Assembly: GCA_950097015.1 (NCBI GenBank)
Contig: CATNEN010000039.1
Location: 11,470,001-11,534,000 of the forward strand
Direction of reading: 5' to 3'
Source of the DNA: Macrostomum hystrix
Lineage: Eukaryota; Animalia; Platyhelminthes
DNA length: 64,000 nt
The notes under the pieces are model-generated. The model was not told where the DNA came from, made no database searches, and saw only the letters and a list, made by a program, of their open reading frames with translations. The first letter of the stretch is position 1. The number at the start of each line of letters is the position of its first letter. This document shows, in pieces, positions 61,519 through 64,000 of this stretch. The position numbers and the translations under genes are program-made.

Positions 61519-63593
61519 ATGGCGGAAGCGCAATGCGTGTCGGCTGTTCAACAGTCGCAGCCGCCGCCTGACGCCAGCCTGCTTCGACTACTGGCTTCTG
61601 ACGTGCTGGACATTCACCTGGCTATGCACTGGCTTTATTATGCAAAAAGCGACGATGTGCGACGATTAATTGTTGCCAGGCTGGCCGAATTCGATCCGGA
61701 ACAGGCAGATTTTTACCTGCCCCAGTTGGTTAATATGTACGCTAATTGCGGCGCGGAATTGTCTTCAGTTTTGAGACCGTATCTTGAGCAGAGGTGCTCA
61801 AAATCTGCCGAATTCAGCTGTCGGCTGGCTTGGCTGTTGGACGCGCACGGCGCTAGGCAGCGTCAGAAGCGGCGTTGTCACGCGCTGCACCTGCGCGATT
61901 GCATCGTTAGCGAACAGCTGACACCGGAGCCTGCGCGAGTTACCGAAGCTGACGGCGATAGGTGCCTTAGTTTGATTTTTTGTACCAAAGCTGGGTTTAG
62001 TTTGAGTGAGGTTGGTTTAGCCGGAATGAGGTGGGTGTAGCTGGAGTGAGGTTGGTGGAATAATAAAATTTATTATTATTTATAATTAATTAGAGGTTGA
62101 TGTAGGTGGTAGGTGTAGGTGGTAGGAGCCGAGTGAGGTGGTGTAGCTGGAGTAAGGTGGGTTTCGCCGGAGTGAGGTGGGTGTAGACAGTGAGGTGGGT
62201 GTAGATAGAGTGAGATTGGTGTAGCCGGAGTGAGGTTGGTGTAGCTGGAGTGAGATTGGTGTGACCGGAGTGAGGTGGGTGTAGCTGGAGTGAGGTGCGT
62301 ATGGCCAGAGTAAGGTGGGTGTAGCCGGAGTGAGGTGGGTGTAGCTGGAGTGAGGTGGGTGTAGCTAGAGTGAGGTGGGTGTAGATAGATTGAGATTGGT
62401 GTAGCCGGAGTGAGGTGGGTGTATATAGAGCGAGATTGGTGTAGCCGGAGTGAGGTGGGTGTAGCTGGAGTGAGGTGGGTGTAGCCGGAGTGAGCTGGGT
62501 GTAGCTGGAGTGAGCTGGGTGTAGCTGGAGTGAGGTGGGTGTAGCCGGAGTGTGGTGGGTGTAGATAGAGTGAGATTGGTGTAGCCGGAGTGAGGTGGGT
62601 GTAGCCGGAGTGAGCTGGGTGTAGCTGGGTGAGCTGGGTGTAGCCGGAGTAAGGTGGGTGAAGCTGGAGTGAGATGGGTGTAGCCGGAGTGAGATTGGTG
62701 TAGATAGAGTGAGATTGGTGTAGCCCGAGTGAGGTGGGTGTAGCCGGAGTGAGGTGGGTGTAGCTGGAGTGAGGTGGGTGTAGATAGAGTGAGATTGGTG
62801 TAGCCGGAATGAGGTGGGTGTAGCCGAAATGCAGGCATTCGTCATGCAGACTTAACTGATTTTATTCAGGCCGCACAGCCACAGCCACCATCAGCAGCAT
62901 CACCAGAGCCATAAGCGCTGCGCCTCGGACGCTCTGCAATTCGACGGCTGGTCTGATCGAATCCGGCGCTGTCGGACGACGGCCGGCAATTTAAATAGCG
63001 GCCGCGCCTTCGCCAGCGGCTGCCAGTGCCAGGCGGCGGCCAATCTCAGCGCCAGCTGCAGCTGCGGCTCCGCCAGGCTGCTGCCCCAGCTGGAGTTCGT
63101 GAAGTCTCTGATGCGCCTAACTAGGCGTCTTCGCCAATATCCGTCAAGGGAGGCGCGCACCAACCATTTGCACGGCGAGTTGGCCCTCCTAAACTTTAAT
63201 TTGCCAGCCAGAGTTTGGCTGCCAGTGGGCCGGGCGGATCATTGCATAGTGAGAATTCCTCACACCGCAGCTGCTGTGCTCAACAGCAAGGACAAGGCGC
63301 CCTATCTGGTGTACGTTGAAACCGTGTCACGCTACGACCCGATGGCGGCGGACATTCCCGTCGGCCGGACATTGCTGCTGCCGAGCAGTTCTGCTACCTG
63401 GCGCAGTCAGGAGGAGCTAATTCAGCAACAGCAACAGCAGCAGCAGCGTCAGCAACAGCAGTCGAATGCTAACAGCGCGGATGTGTGCAGCAGCAGCGGC
63501 TGCTGCTCTGAGGAGCCGATCGCTGTTGACTCAGTTGACGACGGCAGTAGCTGCCTGAGCGGTGAGGACGAACCAGTGCCGGCTGCAGAGAGG
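61519..63593 (+). CDS. PI4KB: Phosphatidylinositol 4-kinase III beta, 5' part (continues beyond the window)
   Basis: Exons 61519-61961 and 62870-63593. Motifs LLRLL..DIHLAMHWLY, DFYLPQLVNMY, HKRCASDA, GNLNSGRAF..GC.C, LNFNLPARVWLP, VRIPHTAAAVLNSKDKAPYLVYVE. Confidence 0.92.
62000..62826 (+). repeat. 20-bp G-rich array (GGAGTGAGGTGGGTGTAGCC)n
   Basis: PI4KB intron 1. Confidence 0.95.
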
Positions 63594-63659
63594 GTGAGGC
63601 ATTGCTATTGTCATCTGTCAATCACAGAGATGCATTTTATTGCATCAAAATGCAATCCC

Positions 63660-64000
63660 TTTTTGGGAAATCCCTATCCAGAAAGTTCCTGGGAAATCCC
63701 TGTTTGAGAAATTCCTTGGAAATCCCTTTTCAGAAAGTTCCTGAGAAATCTTTATTTGTGATATTCCTGGGAAATCCCTATTTAGAAAATTCCTGGGAAA
63801 TCCCTATCTAGAAAATTCCTGGGAAATCTCTATTTGTGAAATTCCTGGGAAATCCCTATTTAGAAAATTCCTGGGAAATCCCTATCTAGAAAATTCCTGG
63901 GAAATCTCTATTTGTGAAATTCCTGGGAAATCCCTATTTAGAAAATTCCTGGGAAATCTCTATTTGGGAAATTCCTGGGAAATCATTATAAAGAAAGTTC
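63660..64000 (+). repeat. ~25-bp array (AAATTCCTGGGAAATCCCTATTTAGA-like)
   Basis: PI4KB intron 2; truncated by the window end. Confidence 0.9.

Overview
Eukaryotic (animal) genomic DNA with GT-AG introns and the standard code. Poly-Q-rich exons and introns packed with unrelated minisatellites suggest a Macrostomum-like free-living flatworm; this is inference, not proven. Eight spliced genes were reconstructed by hand: a secreted fibrinogen-domain protein (+), a Mox/Meox homeobox gene (+), nischarin (PX-LRR, -), a zDHHC5/8 palmitoyltransferase (-), an aryl hydrocarbon receptor (bHLH-PAS, -), a Bcl-2-family protein without a TM anchor (-), Sec31 (+) and the 5' part of PI4-kinase III beta (+). 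There are two tRNA-derived SINE families, two MITEs and about 30 tandem arrays; most long ORFs in the supplied track are artefacts of those arrays. Main observations: (i) kilobase zones with no CpG just downstream of housekeeping promoters, with matching CpG-to-TpG/CpA decay in SINE copies inside them, i.e. a footprint of promoter-proximal gene-body methylation; (ii) two candidate trans-spliced operons (zDHHC8-NISCH and SEC31-PI4KB) whose downstream genes lack that footprint; (iii) a dense XRE cluster upstream of AhR itself; (iv) minisatellites recruited into coding sequence, including about 33 PPP-bearing units forming the Sec31 proline-rich region; (v) a minisatellite made of Pol III B-boxes. 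All coordinates were read by eye, and repeat boundaries are approximate.
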